DNA from: Balanoglossus misakiensis
Taxonomy: Eukaryota; Animalia; Hemichordata
Length of the DNA: 64,000 nucleotides
Reading direction: 5' to 3'
Assembly: GCA_040954595.2 (NCBI GenBank)
Contig: CM082587.2
Span: forward strand, 7,181,705 to 7,245,704
The stretch's first letter is position 1, and each line of letters starts with the position of its first letter. Below, piece after piece: positions 52,249 through 64,000 of the stretch. Under the pieces are notes generated by a model that had not been told where the DNA came from, ran no database searches, and saw only the letters and a program-made list of their open reading frames with translations. The position numbers and the translations under genes are program-made.

Positions 52249-55200
52249 CTATATGAGTCTCTCTTCCGGTGGCGGCTTGAGAACATTGCCCATCTCCACC
52301 CGGGAGCCGGTCATCTCCTGCCGACTGGGGCTGTACGTCCCCCGCGTGGCGCGTTTGCTTCGGACCGAGCAGAGGAAAGCGATGAGAATGATGAACAAGA
52401 TCAAGGCCACGCCTCCCGCAGCGGCCCCGATTATGATATACAGGTTGAGGCCCTCGTCTTTGACTTCCTCGGGTATCGTCTGAAATTGAAAACAGGATGA
52501 TAATTGTGAGGATATATGAGCAGGAAAATGGCAGAAATACAAAATTGAGCAATACAATTTTGCAACATGTGTAGCGACCATTGTTATTGATGACAAATGA
52601 ATTCTAAGTCCTGGCCTGAATTTTTCACCATAACAATGCTAACTGCATACACATAGGTTGTGTTTATAAGCTGGATACTGGGCATATTAACGTGCCTTAG
52701 GGATTTGAACAAGAAACTGCAGTAGACATTCGAAACGAAAACAGTTAAAAACAGCAAAAAGTTTCAGCTGATGGAGGAGCTTTAAGTATCACTTTCTGGA
52801 TGAATGAACCCTACAGAAAAAGCACAGATTAATTTTGTCAGAGGTGTCACATTGCAGCAAGAGCCTTTGCCGACCGACACAGACAAATCCAATTCCTACC
52901 TCGCAATACGTTCCTGTGTACTCCCCCGTACAGTTGCACCTCCACACCGGGTGATTGGTGGAATTCACCTGCGACTCGCACGTGCCCTCGTTCTCGCACA
53001 CGATCTCTTCATAACAAGGATCGGCATGTTGGCAGTTGTCTCCGATGTGCGCGTCCGTGCAATCGCACCGGTAGCCGCCTTCCTCGTTCGTGCAAACGCC
53101 GTCGTTCTGACAAACCGGCGTTTCCAAACCGCACTCATCGACGTCTTCCTCACAGTTGTCGCCTTGGTAACCTGATAAAGAACAAAATATAAAGAACAGA
53201 TCAATCATAGTTTGGAACAGTTGATGTTGTTTTAGTTTGCTTTGTTTTTTTTACAACAATAAACAGGTATACTATTGTGTTGGAAGAAAACTTACTTCAA
53301 AAAATATGATTCTTTGCAGGCAGTTTTACAAGTAGCCCGATGTTTTTGTTCTTTTAAAATATCATATATTTCTAACCATTTAGCGAATGTTTACAGAACA
53401 CTAAAAATATGATAAGAATGGCAAATTTTGTGAAATTTTTTTTTTTCTGTTTCTATTGAACCAACAAAACTGGAACCACATTTCCAAACTTCAAGAGTTA
53501 CAGCTGACAGGAATTGCAAATGAAAGTATGACTCTACTACGTAATAAATTTTCCCTGACTATTTCCGTTTCAAATTTTCCCAGTACTGTTGTGCACGCCA
53601 CACAGTTTTGTATAAACAAACCCCACGCTGTCGTCTGTCTGTCTGCTCTCGTTAAGTGAGCTTAACTGATCACGGCGCGACATCTGCACGACCTCAATTC
53701 AACATGGCATCGCGCGTTACCATGGAAACACCACACGAATGCCAGCGACCTCTCACCTGTGGATGTACAGTTGCAGACAAAGTACCCGGGCTTGTCTATA
53801 CACACGCCGCCATTCCTGCAGGGATCAGACACACACTCATCGATGTCAATCTCGCAGTCCGTTCCATTGAAGCCCTCCGTACAGTTGCACGCGTATCCTT
53901 CATCCAGGTTTACACACGTTGCGTTATTCTGACAGGGACCGTCGTCACAGTATGTATTATTGCAAATATCACCTGGAGAAGAAAAAGCAACAACACAAGT
54001 TTTTTAAATCTTTTCATTTTCACTTTTAAGACTGAAAATGGTGAACCCCATAAAAATGGAAGAGGGTAAAAAACCATTGACAATGTTCAAGCTCAAGTTT
54101 CAATTAATAAATAAAAATAACTATTTTCTATTTAAACACAACAGATTACAATCATAAATCTCATGAAAAGATGACCATTTTCAACCCTTTCACTACCTGG
54201 CTTTGATCCAATTCCATTGCAATACTGGACCTTTTATATGGGGAAAGGGGATGATAGGGTTAAGGTCTTTCCAGAATTTCCAGGGAATGAGGGACTTGCC
54301 ATGATTCAACATTTCATCAGCTAGTATACTTTCAGTTTCAGCAATTCTCAACGAAACAACACTTAGTTTTTACAGCTCCTATTTTAGAACTTTGTGAGTA
54401 CTCCAAATATTTGACACATCTCTGAATAGTTACTGTTACATGACGACCACCCAAAATTTTCCTGTCTTAATTTGCTGTTAAATGGAGAACTAATAGAATC
54501 TCACATAGTTAAATGCAAATAGGTATCCTAGGTTAGAAGGATTTTGCCTTTATCTCTCTTTTCTGCTAGACTCCTGGATTCAGAAGTAGCAACGACACAA
54601 ACGCATAGAGTTTTCTTTATCAAGAATACAGTAGCTGATAAATAATATATATGACCATGACTTTATTGAGAGAGGGCCGGTTCTTGACCTCCTAGCTACT
54701 GTTGATTTTTTACACTACTCCATTATCAAGTCAACAGTCATTAAGATACAATATCTGAGTGGAATAAATGAATAAATAACTGTAGCGGGCTCTGAGGAAA
54801 TAAACCTCTCGGTCAAGTGTCAGTTTAATACACCCACCTGTAAATCCAGGGTTGCAGGTACAGTTGTAGCCCGTCTGGAAGTTGTTACAGACACCGTTCA
54901 CACACGGCTCGTCCTGGCACCAGTCGGTGGCGTTCTGGCAGCGATCGCCCTCAAAGCCGATCTGGCAGGTGCAGTTGTAGTCGGTGCTGTTGTAGGGCTC
55001 CCACTGCTCGCAGACGCCCCCGTTGTCACATGGTTCGTCCGCGCAGGGTCCCTCGATCTCGCAACGCACGCCTGGGCAAACAGAAAGTGGATTATATTCA
55101 TTTCACATCTAATACTGTAAAACACTTTATTTCCGCGAGCAATAAATTTTCGCGAAATACGCGAGAGCCAAAATAGCGTGAAAATAACGTCGCGTAATTT

Positions 55201-58200
55201 TTTTTTGAAGATAACGATGCAGTGAATGAAATAAGAGAACGCGAAAATTAATACTTGCGAAACAGTGGCCTCTCTCGATATCGCGAAAAATTTAACTCGC
55301 TAAAATAGTGTTTTACGGTATTACTAACACAGAATCATTCTCATTTGCAAGTTTGATCTGAACCGCTTCAAGAATGAACAAAAAAAGGGCAGCGTGGGTG
55401 TTTTGATTTTCATCGGAAATATTTTCAGCCACCATCAGCCTGTCATAAATTTCATACACCGCATAGAAACATAATGGTATGCAAATATGGCCGCCCTCCC
55501 ATTGTTTGTTACAATGGGCCGGATTATTTCCTTACTCCACTGGACGGGCCACTGCCCAAAGCTGTGAACAGATGACTTTCAATGGAGGTCAGGCACCCTT
55601 TTCAGAAACGCACAAAAAATAAATTTCAGTGATCTGGTTAAGCTTTTGTTGTACGCCGGGCACATTATTCCACACCCAAGACTGCCATTTTTGCACATTG
55701 AAGCGATCCACACGCACTTCACACTGGAAAGCAAAAATAAAAAAAAGGGTGACAGGACCATGCAGGTACAAGCCATAGACACAGCGAGCTCCTGGCCAAC
55801 ATATGTTAAACTGTGAATAAGAGACACACACAAAAATATTAGATCTTTGACACAGGAGCAAAAGTGTCGACCCGCAGAAACTTACACTGACACGCAACAG
55901 GTAGGAATGAGTTAATCCTGAAATAACAGCAACTCTGCCGTTAGCAGGGAAAAAAAATGACAGACTCGACAATAAAAAGAACGTATATACATACAAAATG
56001 CCAGCAGCAGAACAAACAAGGTATGAGTGAGCATAAATACAGAGGCTGGAGTCACGACAGCACACACGAGCGAGCGAAAACCGGACAGAAGAGCTTACAT
56101 CTGATTGTGTTGTGTGTGAGGTTAGGGCGGCCCCGAAAAAGGAAATACCCGTTTTGATTACGTAGCACCCACACACACACTGACCTGCATGCAAAGTGTG
56201 TGTCAGTCAACACGACAGCTATGTTTATTAATCAATCACTTTCTGACAGGGAAGCAAACAAAAACATGTTTACACTTGTTTAATAAAAGCCAGGTGAAAC
56301 AGTGTTAGAACGAAGACAGTTACACACACTTGACCCCGGGGGTGGCGATGGAATATTACAGTATCTTTTCTACTTAACATTCAATACAACTAAACTCTGG
56401 ACGATCTCTTTCTGTAAGTGGACTGTTTCAAGACTCCCCAATACCAGTTTGAACATTCAAATGACTATCCACGTCCTAGCTATATGCATAATTTTATATT
56501 CTAAACTCTCTCCACTGTAAACATTGCCTTTTATGGATTCAGTGCAGGTCAAAATCGAGCATTATTATACAGTAACAACAAATCGGGGTGAAGTGTTTTG
56601 AAAAATAAAATAAAAGACAGGCTTGTTATTGCAATTTATGTTGTAACTATACTTAGACACTCTGTCACAGATCAAATAGTTCCTCACAATGGTTTACAAG
56701 TCAATATTTTAATGGGGTGGGTAGGAACATAAACATGGTCCATGGTGGGACTGCGTGTGAATGATATCTAACAAAATGGCATTTATAACCAAACTTTTAT
56801 TAACGTTTTCCGCACAAAAAAGGTGTGTCCACTATTCCTGGGAAATGCAATTAACAGCACATTTAACAAAGCTGAGTAACTCTTTAAAACACAATGATCT
56901 CTGACCTTCGATACCCTACGCTCAATTACAACTTAATTACTTTCTAATTTCTTGACAATTAACCACGGTATACGCACTTTACACTAATTGCTCAGCTACT
57001 AAATATTTACCCTGGCTAATTTTGTTTCACTGTAAATTACAGACCAGGCCCCACCTGCTGTAGGTGTACACCCACCCACCCACATTCAGTTGTAACTAAT
57101 TTTTTTTAACCTGTGAAGTATTTAACCTTTTGTTTGGATTACTGACAGCTTTTGTGTGTAAGTACACATTATGGTACAATGGAAATGCAAACACACGCCT
57201 TTCAATGCAAGCTGGCATCAGGTGACTCACTATGGAATTTGGCCGTGTGGAAAATCTCATTTGTTATTCTCATATGCCTGGAATTTATTCATGTACATCA
57301 AGAAATGTGTCGAAATGAAATTGTCACGTTTCATACTACAAAAACAACTTGAAGCACTTACTAGAAACAGGGGTTAGCTAAATAAATCTGGATTGATTTA
57401 ATAAGCAATCACTGGTAACCTTGTTTGTATGAACAAAAATTAGCAAGAGAAAGATTTGCACAACAAAGAATTATTTTTTCGTGGCCATATATGCGGATGT
57501 CTAGCATAAAATTTGCCAGCAGGCTTTGAATGTTGTCAGGTATGTTGATGAGTTCAAAGGTCACAGTGAGTTGGTGGGTCTAGGGGTTCTGGCCTGACAT
57601 TTTTGAAGAGAGGGAATGACGTTTACTTGATAAATCTCCTGACCTGTTTCTAGTTTTGGTCAACTACTAGAGCTCTCATAATCCACAAGAAAACTGTCAC
57701 CATAAAAGGTACGTGGAGATTTCTTAAAGGATCGAAATATCAACCTGGGCAGGTGTTCTGGGGTTATCATTTCTTAAAGCATAATAATCCTTGATAGTGA
57801 AAATTGCATCATGCCCAATAATTTCTTTAAATTACGTTGATCTAAACAATAATTTGGTTAAATGATATGGGTAAATGTAAGAACTGGATAATTTTGTGAC
57901 AATATGAAATCCTGGTTATTTAAGAAGTAAATAATTGGTTGGTGTATACTATACAGAATGCATCAAAAACATTTTAGTGAAAAATGCATTCTACATACAT
58001 CAGAATCTGTTATATGTTAATTTTCCTCATCTAAAAGAAACTGTCAAAAAATAAGGAATTCAAATTATCACCCTCTCGCGACTTCCACATCAACACTGAT
58101 CAAATTCCGGCATCATTCCATTTTCTCCTTCTCATGGTTACTTTCGACATCACATTAAAATTATAAAAGAATATAGAAAAGAATCACATCTAGTTTTAAT

Positions 58201-61200
58201 GACATATAATTAACATTTAAACTTAAGGTTTTAGTTGAACAGATTGAGAGCAGAAAACTGAACCAAGATTGGACTTACACTAACACTGAAATAGGCTGAG
58301 GTCAGAATAAAGCACACGATACAAGTTTCAGACAGAGTCCCGAGTTACAGCGCCCTCTAGTGGCCACTTACAAGATTATTTTTTTTAGATTGAGTTTCCC
58401 AGAGCTGGGAATAATTAGTATAATGTATTAGGAATGGACTGGATGGGTTTTAATTAGGCCATTCAGGAACCAGACGATACAGAGCTTTGATTTTTTCGTA
58501 AATTTCGGTACCTGTGTAAAAGTCTGGACAAGCGCACGTCCAGGTTGATGGTGTGGGCACCGAACAGACTCCGGCGAGACAGGGCTGTGGCTCTTGGTCG
58601 CAAGTCGCTAATCCGCACGTTAAACCCTTATAGCCCAGCGAGCACTCGCACACAAAGTCGTTCCCCGTGCTATCGGACGAGCGACAAGTAGCGCTATTCT
58701 CGCAGGGGTACGGCAGGCAGGGATTTCTCTCGCAATTTTGGCCGTAAAATCCGGTAGCGCACGTACACACATAGCTGCCCTTGGTGTTGGCGCACGAGCC
58801 ACCGTTTTGGCACGGAGAGCTGACTAGGCACTCGTTAATGTCGTTTTCACAATACATGCCTAACGATAAAATAATTACAGGCTTTTCGTTAGAATGACAA
58901 AAACACAGTTCATTAGCACACCCGTAAAAAATAAAACATATAAATTAAAAATGCTTATAAAAGTCATGCATTCCAGTCAAAGAGCGAGGAATTGCAACGC
59001 ATTCTCTGGCTTGTACATCAACCGGGGAAAACAATGGGAATTTGCCGGCCATGCACTAGCAAAATGATGCACAATCACCATAGCAACAAGTGACACAAGA
59101 ACCACATCATCTTTACGGACAACAAGACACATGGGTGATATAAAATTAGTCAAAAATACCTTTCTGCATAATTTTTTTTTTTAATGAAATCTAAGTCATA
59201 CCTTGTTTTGTGTTGCTGTCTATGACATGGGAATTTGTAAACTAAGTCAGTGTTTTCTTTATAATCGGAAAATAATCTTTTTCATGAGAGAAAACTAAAC
59301 ATATAATCAGTTCAAAATATGGCCAAAACAAAACATGACCATAGCAAGGTGGTAATCTGTCTCTGTTTGCTCAAACTCCATGTAATATAACACTAGGATT
59401 CATAATTCTCTTCACAATGTGAGATCATTTCATTAGAAGTCATATTTTGAATTACGAGCAGTCCTGTTTTAATATTTTTGTCAATTACAAATCCTATATT
59501 TAATCTTGTACAGTTTCCTACTTTAAAGTAGTAATCATTATGAGTTTAACTATTTTCTTGTTGTAAATCTGGAAATACACTGTAAGTTCTTAGTTTGGTG
59601 TAAAAAAAATGAATGAGCCATTAGACGTGACTGTGATAGTAAAAAAAGGTGTCTTGGGTGATATTTTGCAAAGCCGGTGAAAGGAAGGTCACTGGAGCAT
59701 GTCAAAGGTCGCATCAAAGGTCACAAAAAATACTTGCAAGTGTACGCAGTGATGAGTAGTCTCGGTTTATACCCAGACCCCTCTGCTTCTTCCGTTGGAC
59801 GCTCCAGAAAGAGGGTCTGGGGAAACCCCATAGACAAATCTCAGAGCAAAGATGGCCGACTTCAGACAAAAGCGATGCATGATGGTCGACATGTCTGACA
59901 TACTATATTATGATATGACGATATTAGAAAACTATTTACCAAACTTCTCTCTCTCTTTTCAATTTCTAGACAATTTTAGCAGGTCTAGCACTTCTCAGCA
60001 TGTTTTGTTTAAGTTAAAGGCTGCAACCATCATGCATCGCTTTTGTCTGAAGTCGGCCATCTTTGCTCGGAGATTTGTCTATGGGGTTTCCCCAGACCCT
60101 CTTTCTGGAGTGCCCAACGGAAGAAGCAGAGGGGTCTGGGTAACCGAGACTAAGTGATGAGGTGAGAATGTTTCAACATATTTTAAAAGTAGTATGAAAT
60201 CTGTCATTGTGAACACTAGTGTACTATAAAACGCTATCAAATATGAAAAGAATTCTCTCCCGGTTAAGCTGAGTGTGGCTTGTGTGTTTCAGGGAATTTT
60301 GGGAACGAGGCTGGCTGACTTCATCATGTCACTGCCATGCTATATCAGAAGGTGATAATCTTTGGAAAATAGAAAACCTTTTCATTCAGATTTGGTGAAC
60401 TGAAACATGGAAAAGGTAGGAGTGATTTGCGAGGTTCTCATTGGCAGTTTATTGTTGCATGTTAAACACAGGCCAAGGAGACACACGATTGAAGTTTCTA
60501 AAAATGACTTTGCCAGGTTTTGCAATTAAGACAAAATCGACCATACTAATTTCAACCTCTAAGTTTTACAAAGTCGACTAGCAAGTCAAATAGAGCAGGT
60601 ACTTGATGGAAATTATAAATATTCCATTTGATTTCAATGGTCTGATTAATTACATCAGAAGCATGACAGATTTCACGATCCGGGGGTGTCAGGGTGTAGA
60701 GAGACATCCAATGCTCGTGTTTCTCCTGTGCTTTCAAGTGAATGTGAACACATACGATATAGAATCAGAACACTTCTTCAGTGTCACTGTATATCATTCT
60801 ACATACCTTCGTAGCCTTCCAGACAGCGGCATTCAAAGTCGGCCACCAGGTCCATGCAGGTGCCGCCGTTTTCGCACGTGACGTTGGCGCACTCGTCAAT
60901 GTCGTTACCACAGAAGGTGCCATCGTAGCCTGAAATAATAAGGGGGAAAAACATCCTGATCATCAGACACAACAGTGATTTTTTTCTCCTGCTAGGGGTC
61001 TGATATGCTATCCTACCAAGTCTGTTAAAAGTGGTATAGAGCCCATTAAGCCCCATGTTTAGTGTTTTTTTGCCTTTACGCTTTAGTCGAGAGATGACAC
61101 CATTTCTGACAGAAGGCTGTTGGCTTTTAATATAAACAGGTATTGCCTTCACATTCATGTCGGTTCTCACCTGGCAAACAGGCACACTGAAATTCATTGA

Positions 61201-63913
61201 TGAGGTTTTTACACGTTGCACCATTCAGACACTGCACATCGAAGCACTCGTCTATGTCCATCTCGCAGTAGTGTCCCTCGTAGCCCGCCACGCAGCTGCA
61301 GACGAACATTTCCATGTCGGTCAAGGAGATGCAGGTGGCTCCGTTTTGGCAGGTGACGTTGACGCAGTAGTCGATTTCACTCTGGCAATAGACGCCTTCG
61401 TATCCACCGCGGCAATGGCATTCAAATGATGGCTGTAAAACAGGTAGCATAAGAAACAAATGAAGAAAAAAATGTGGCTACTGATCTGAGCAAGAAGTCA
61501 CAGACTGTAGAGAGCTGGACCATACCACACACCAGGGGTATGACGGGTTGTTTTGTTGATGGCCACAAAGTGTGGACTTACCTGGCTTGGATTCTCTGCA
61601 GTGACGTTGACGCATGTGGCTTCATTCTGACATGGCTCATCATCACATGACTGGAAGAGCTGTATTATGAATTGAAAAAATTTTCAGTATACAGTATAAA
61701 GTCAGTATTTTTTCCACTCTCAGACAGATTTTAAAAGTCTGCTTTGTTTTACCACCATTTATTTCATTATGCATTTAATGCAATGCATGAAAATCAGTGA
61801 TGGATGCATTTACTTAAACTGTCCGAGCAATAAAATTAAAATTCAGGCAAATAACATGTATGCTCACTTACTGGTATTAGATATTCACACTGCTTTCCTG
61901 TGTAGTTGGACGAACAGTTGCAGTAGAAGTCATTCACCAGATCCTGGCAAGTGGCGTTGTTCTGACACGGCGACGATTCGCATTCGTCAATTTCGATTCC
62001 GCAGTTGTCACCTTCGTATCCCGGGGCGCACACGCAGGTGTAGTTGTTGACTCGGTCGCGGCAGGCGGCGCCGAAGAGACAGGGCGTGGACGCGCACTCG
62101 TCGATGTCGTTCTCGCAGTCGGTTCCGTCGTAACCGAGCCGGCACTCGCAGGCGTACAGATTCCACAAGTCCTCGCACGCCGCCCCGTTCCGGCACGGCG
62201 ACGGGCTGCAGACCGGGTCGCCGTAGCAGCCGATGCCGACGCCCGCCGGCGAGGCGTAGAACTGCTCCGTGCTGTTGCTGCCCAGCGTCTCCTCGTCGAA
62301 GAAGGGCAGGAGAAACTCGCCGACCCTGACCTCGTCCAAACATCCCTTGAAGTTGTTCTCGGAGGATACGCGCTCGCTCGCCCCGAACGCCGCCAGGTGG
62401 ACGCGGTTGTCGGCGGCGATGAAGAAATCGCTGAGAGACAGCGACGCGGTCGTATCACTTCTACCCACCAGATTCCCATCCACGTGCAGCTCGACTGCAT
62501 CGCTCTGGAATGCGATCTCAATCCGGTGCCAGCCCCCGTCACTCACAGTATCCGTGACAGCAACTTCCCCCACTCCGTTTCCAAGATCGAAACCAAACAC
62601 CAGATTGCTGTTGTACATTTCCAGCGTCAGGTACTGACTCTGGTTGTTAGCCGAGTGCAGAATCAGCTGATCGGTGCCACGGGTTCTCAACTTCAGGAAG
62701 ATAGATTCGATAATCGATGATCTGCTGATGCTATTGGTGTAGGTGACTCCACTGCTCTGTCCATCGAATGTTGCACTGGTCACACCTGGAATGGAAAATC
62801 GACATCAAAATGTTTCAAACCAACACAATCAGTCATCCCATGCTCCAGTCCTTCCGATACAACCTGGTTTATTTTCAAACTAGCGTTTGACTGCCCATAG
62901 AATGTTTTCCCCCAGTGCTGATCTGTTGTATTCTTGATAGATACAGTACAGATCAGAACTTATCAAAATCGGTCACCTCTGGGCAGCCCAAGGTAGGTAA
63001 ATTCACAGTCACAATTTAACCAACAGCAACAATTTCAGTTCATATCTGCATGAAAGATTACCTGAGGGCAAAAAGCACATGCTTATTATACTCCATCCTG
63101 ATAGAAACCCACATGAATGCTACTTACAATCAAAGCCATCCGGCCTGTCCACACACTGCGAGTCAAACGGACAGGTGATGATCTTGCAGAAAGCCAACAA
63201 GCCGCAGTCCTTGCCGCGGAAACCGTCCACACAGGCGCACTCGTAATCGTTCCAGGTGGTGTCGCAGGTGCTGTTGTTCTGGCAGGGGTTGTCCTCGTCG
63301 CACATGTCGTCGCTGATGCAGTTCTCCACCAGGCTGGCGTTGCCGACGGCGCGGTAGGAGTCTCGCGGCTGGTAGCCGGGGATGTCCAACGGGTACGCGT
63401 CCAACAGGTATCCGTTGTGGCGGACGTCCTGCACGCAGCCTTTGAAGTAGTCGCCAATGAGCGACAACGACGACGACGCAGACAACGCGCCGGAGTCCGG
63501 AACTCCGCCCAAATAAATGCTTACGAAGTCCACGCTAGCGCCGGTATCTGACGACGTCGCTGAGGTCATCACGGTATCGACGTTAACCCGCAGGGTTGCC
63601 TGCCCGCCGGCTTCTTCGTAATCCAGTCTCAAGTAGTGCAGAACACCGTCGGCCAGACTGCGCCCGAGGTTTGCAGAAAGCGGGCTCCCCGATCCGTAGT
63701 CGACGATCGCCTGCATTCTGCCGTTGAGCAACTGCAGGGCGACGTACTGGTTTCGGTTGGCGTTTGTCAGGAGGAACAGCAAGCCGTTTTGTCGCGTGGT
63801 GCGGAAGTTCAGCTCCACGTTCTGGCTGCTGGCACGCTGGCCTGACTCTGGTGGGACTTCGAACAACAGATAGCTGTTCTCGTGTTCAAAACTTAACGTG
63901 ATTGCTGTAAAAT
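52249..63913 (-). CDS. crb: Crumbs homolog, 3' portion (2 laminin G domains, EGF repeats, TM helix, 37-aa cytoplasmic tail); gene continues beyond the window
   Basis: Exons 63913-63128, 62785-61872, 61659(or 61650)-61582, 61432-61171, 60929-60807, 58859-58512, 55071-54838, 53972-53757, 53171-52900, 52479-52249, with compatible phases. Tail [37 protein letters not shown] carries the FERM-binding GTY..E motif and the C-terminal PDZ-binding ERLI. Confidence 0.97.
54181..54263. mobile_element. Degraded reverse-orientation copy of the TTAA/CCCT MITE
   Basis: TCAACCCTTTCACTACC ... GATGATAGGGTTAA; left end is the reverse complement of the right end of the 24283-24375 copy. Confidence 0.6.
55113..55320. 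mobile_element. Second copy of the ~210-bp TA-ended MITE, reverse orientation relative to 3334-3543
   Basis: Internal sequence is the reverse complement of 3334-3543 (e.g. GAGAGCCAAAATAGCGTGAAAATAA, CAGTGGCCTCTCTCGATATCGCG); lies about 40 bp from a crumbs acceptor. Confidence 0.88.
58349..58366 (-). promoter_or_regulatory. CTCF consensus site in a crumbs intron
   Basis: Minus strand TGGCCACTAGAGGGCGCT matches CCASYAGRKGGCRS exactly. Confidence 0.55.
59757..60152. mobile_element. 396-bp MITE with ~130-bp terminal inverted repeats and a 9-bp TSD
   Basis: TAGTCTCGG..CCCAGACCCCTCTGCTTCTTCCGTTGG..GCATGATGG is mirrored at about 60026-60152; flanked by AGTGATGAG at 59748-59756 and 60153-60161; AT-rich spacer. 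Confidence 0.92.
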
Positions 63914-64000
63914 CTGAAATGAAACAAAATCAGACTTAAGCAACAAACAACATGCACCAGATGCCCTCATATGGATCATTTGGAAATGGTCCACTACAAA

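Noticed and set aside
61934-63845. Overlapping alternative-frame ORFs on crumbs exons
   Set aside because: Same GC3 artefact; only the LamG/EGF frame fits splice phases.
52249-63913. Notch, EYS or fibropellin as identity of the EGF-rich gene
   Set aside because: LamG domains plus a 37-aa tail with GTY and terminal ERLI are diagnostic of Crumbs.

Overview
Intron-rich animal genomic DNA, probably a marine invertebrate bilaterian (species not determinable); no prokaryotic features. Five spliced protein-coding genes were reconstructed by hand from GT-AG boundaries with consistent phases. (1) A 5'-truncated and (2) a complete 438-aa tandem copy of a class V PLP-dependent C-S lyase of the Egt2/hercynylcysteine sulfoxide lyase/L-cysteine desulfhydrase type (+). 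(3) RPS5 (-, 208 aa, with a 5'TOP exon). (4) DIPK1/FAM69 (+, 433 aa), head-to-head with RPS5 and spanning a 21.6-kb intron. (5) The 3' part of crumbs (-). Several MITEs with clear TIRs and TSDs are present. Most notable: patchy homogenisation of the lyase duplicates and their altered active-site motifs (candidate C-S lyase for thiohistidine metabolism); DIPK1 lacking both predicted Mg-binding residues and having a hidden alternative first exon; 16 EGF repeats between the last LamG domain and the membrane in Crumbs; and shared motifs in RPS5 introns suggesting intronic ncRNAs. No clearly new biological system can be demonstrated from sequence alone.
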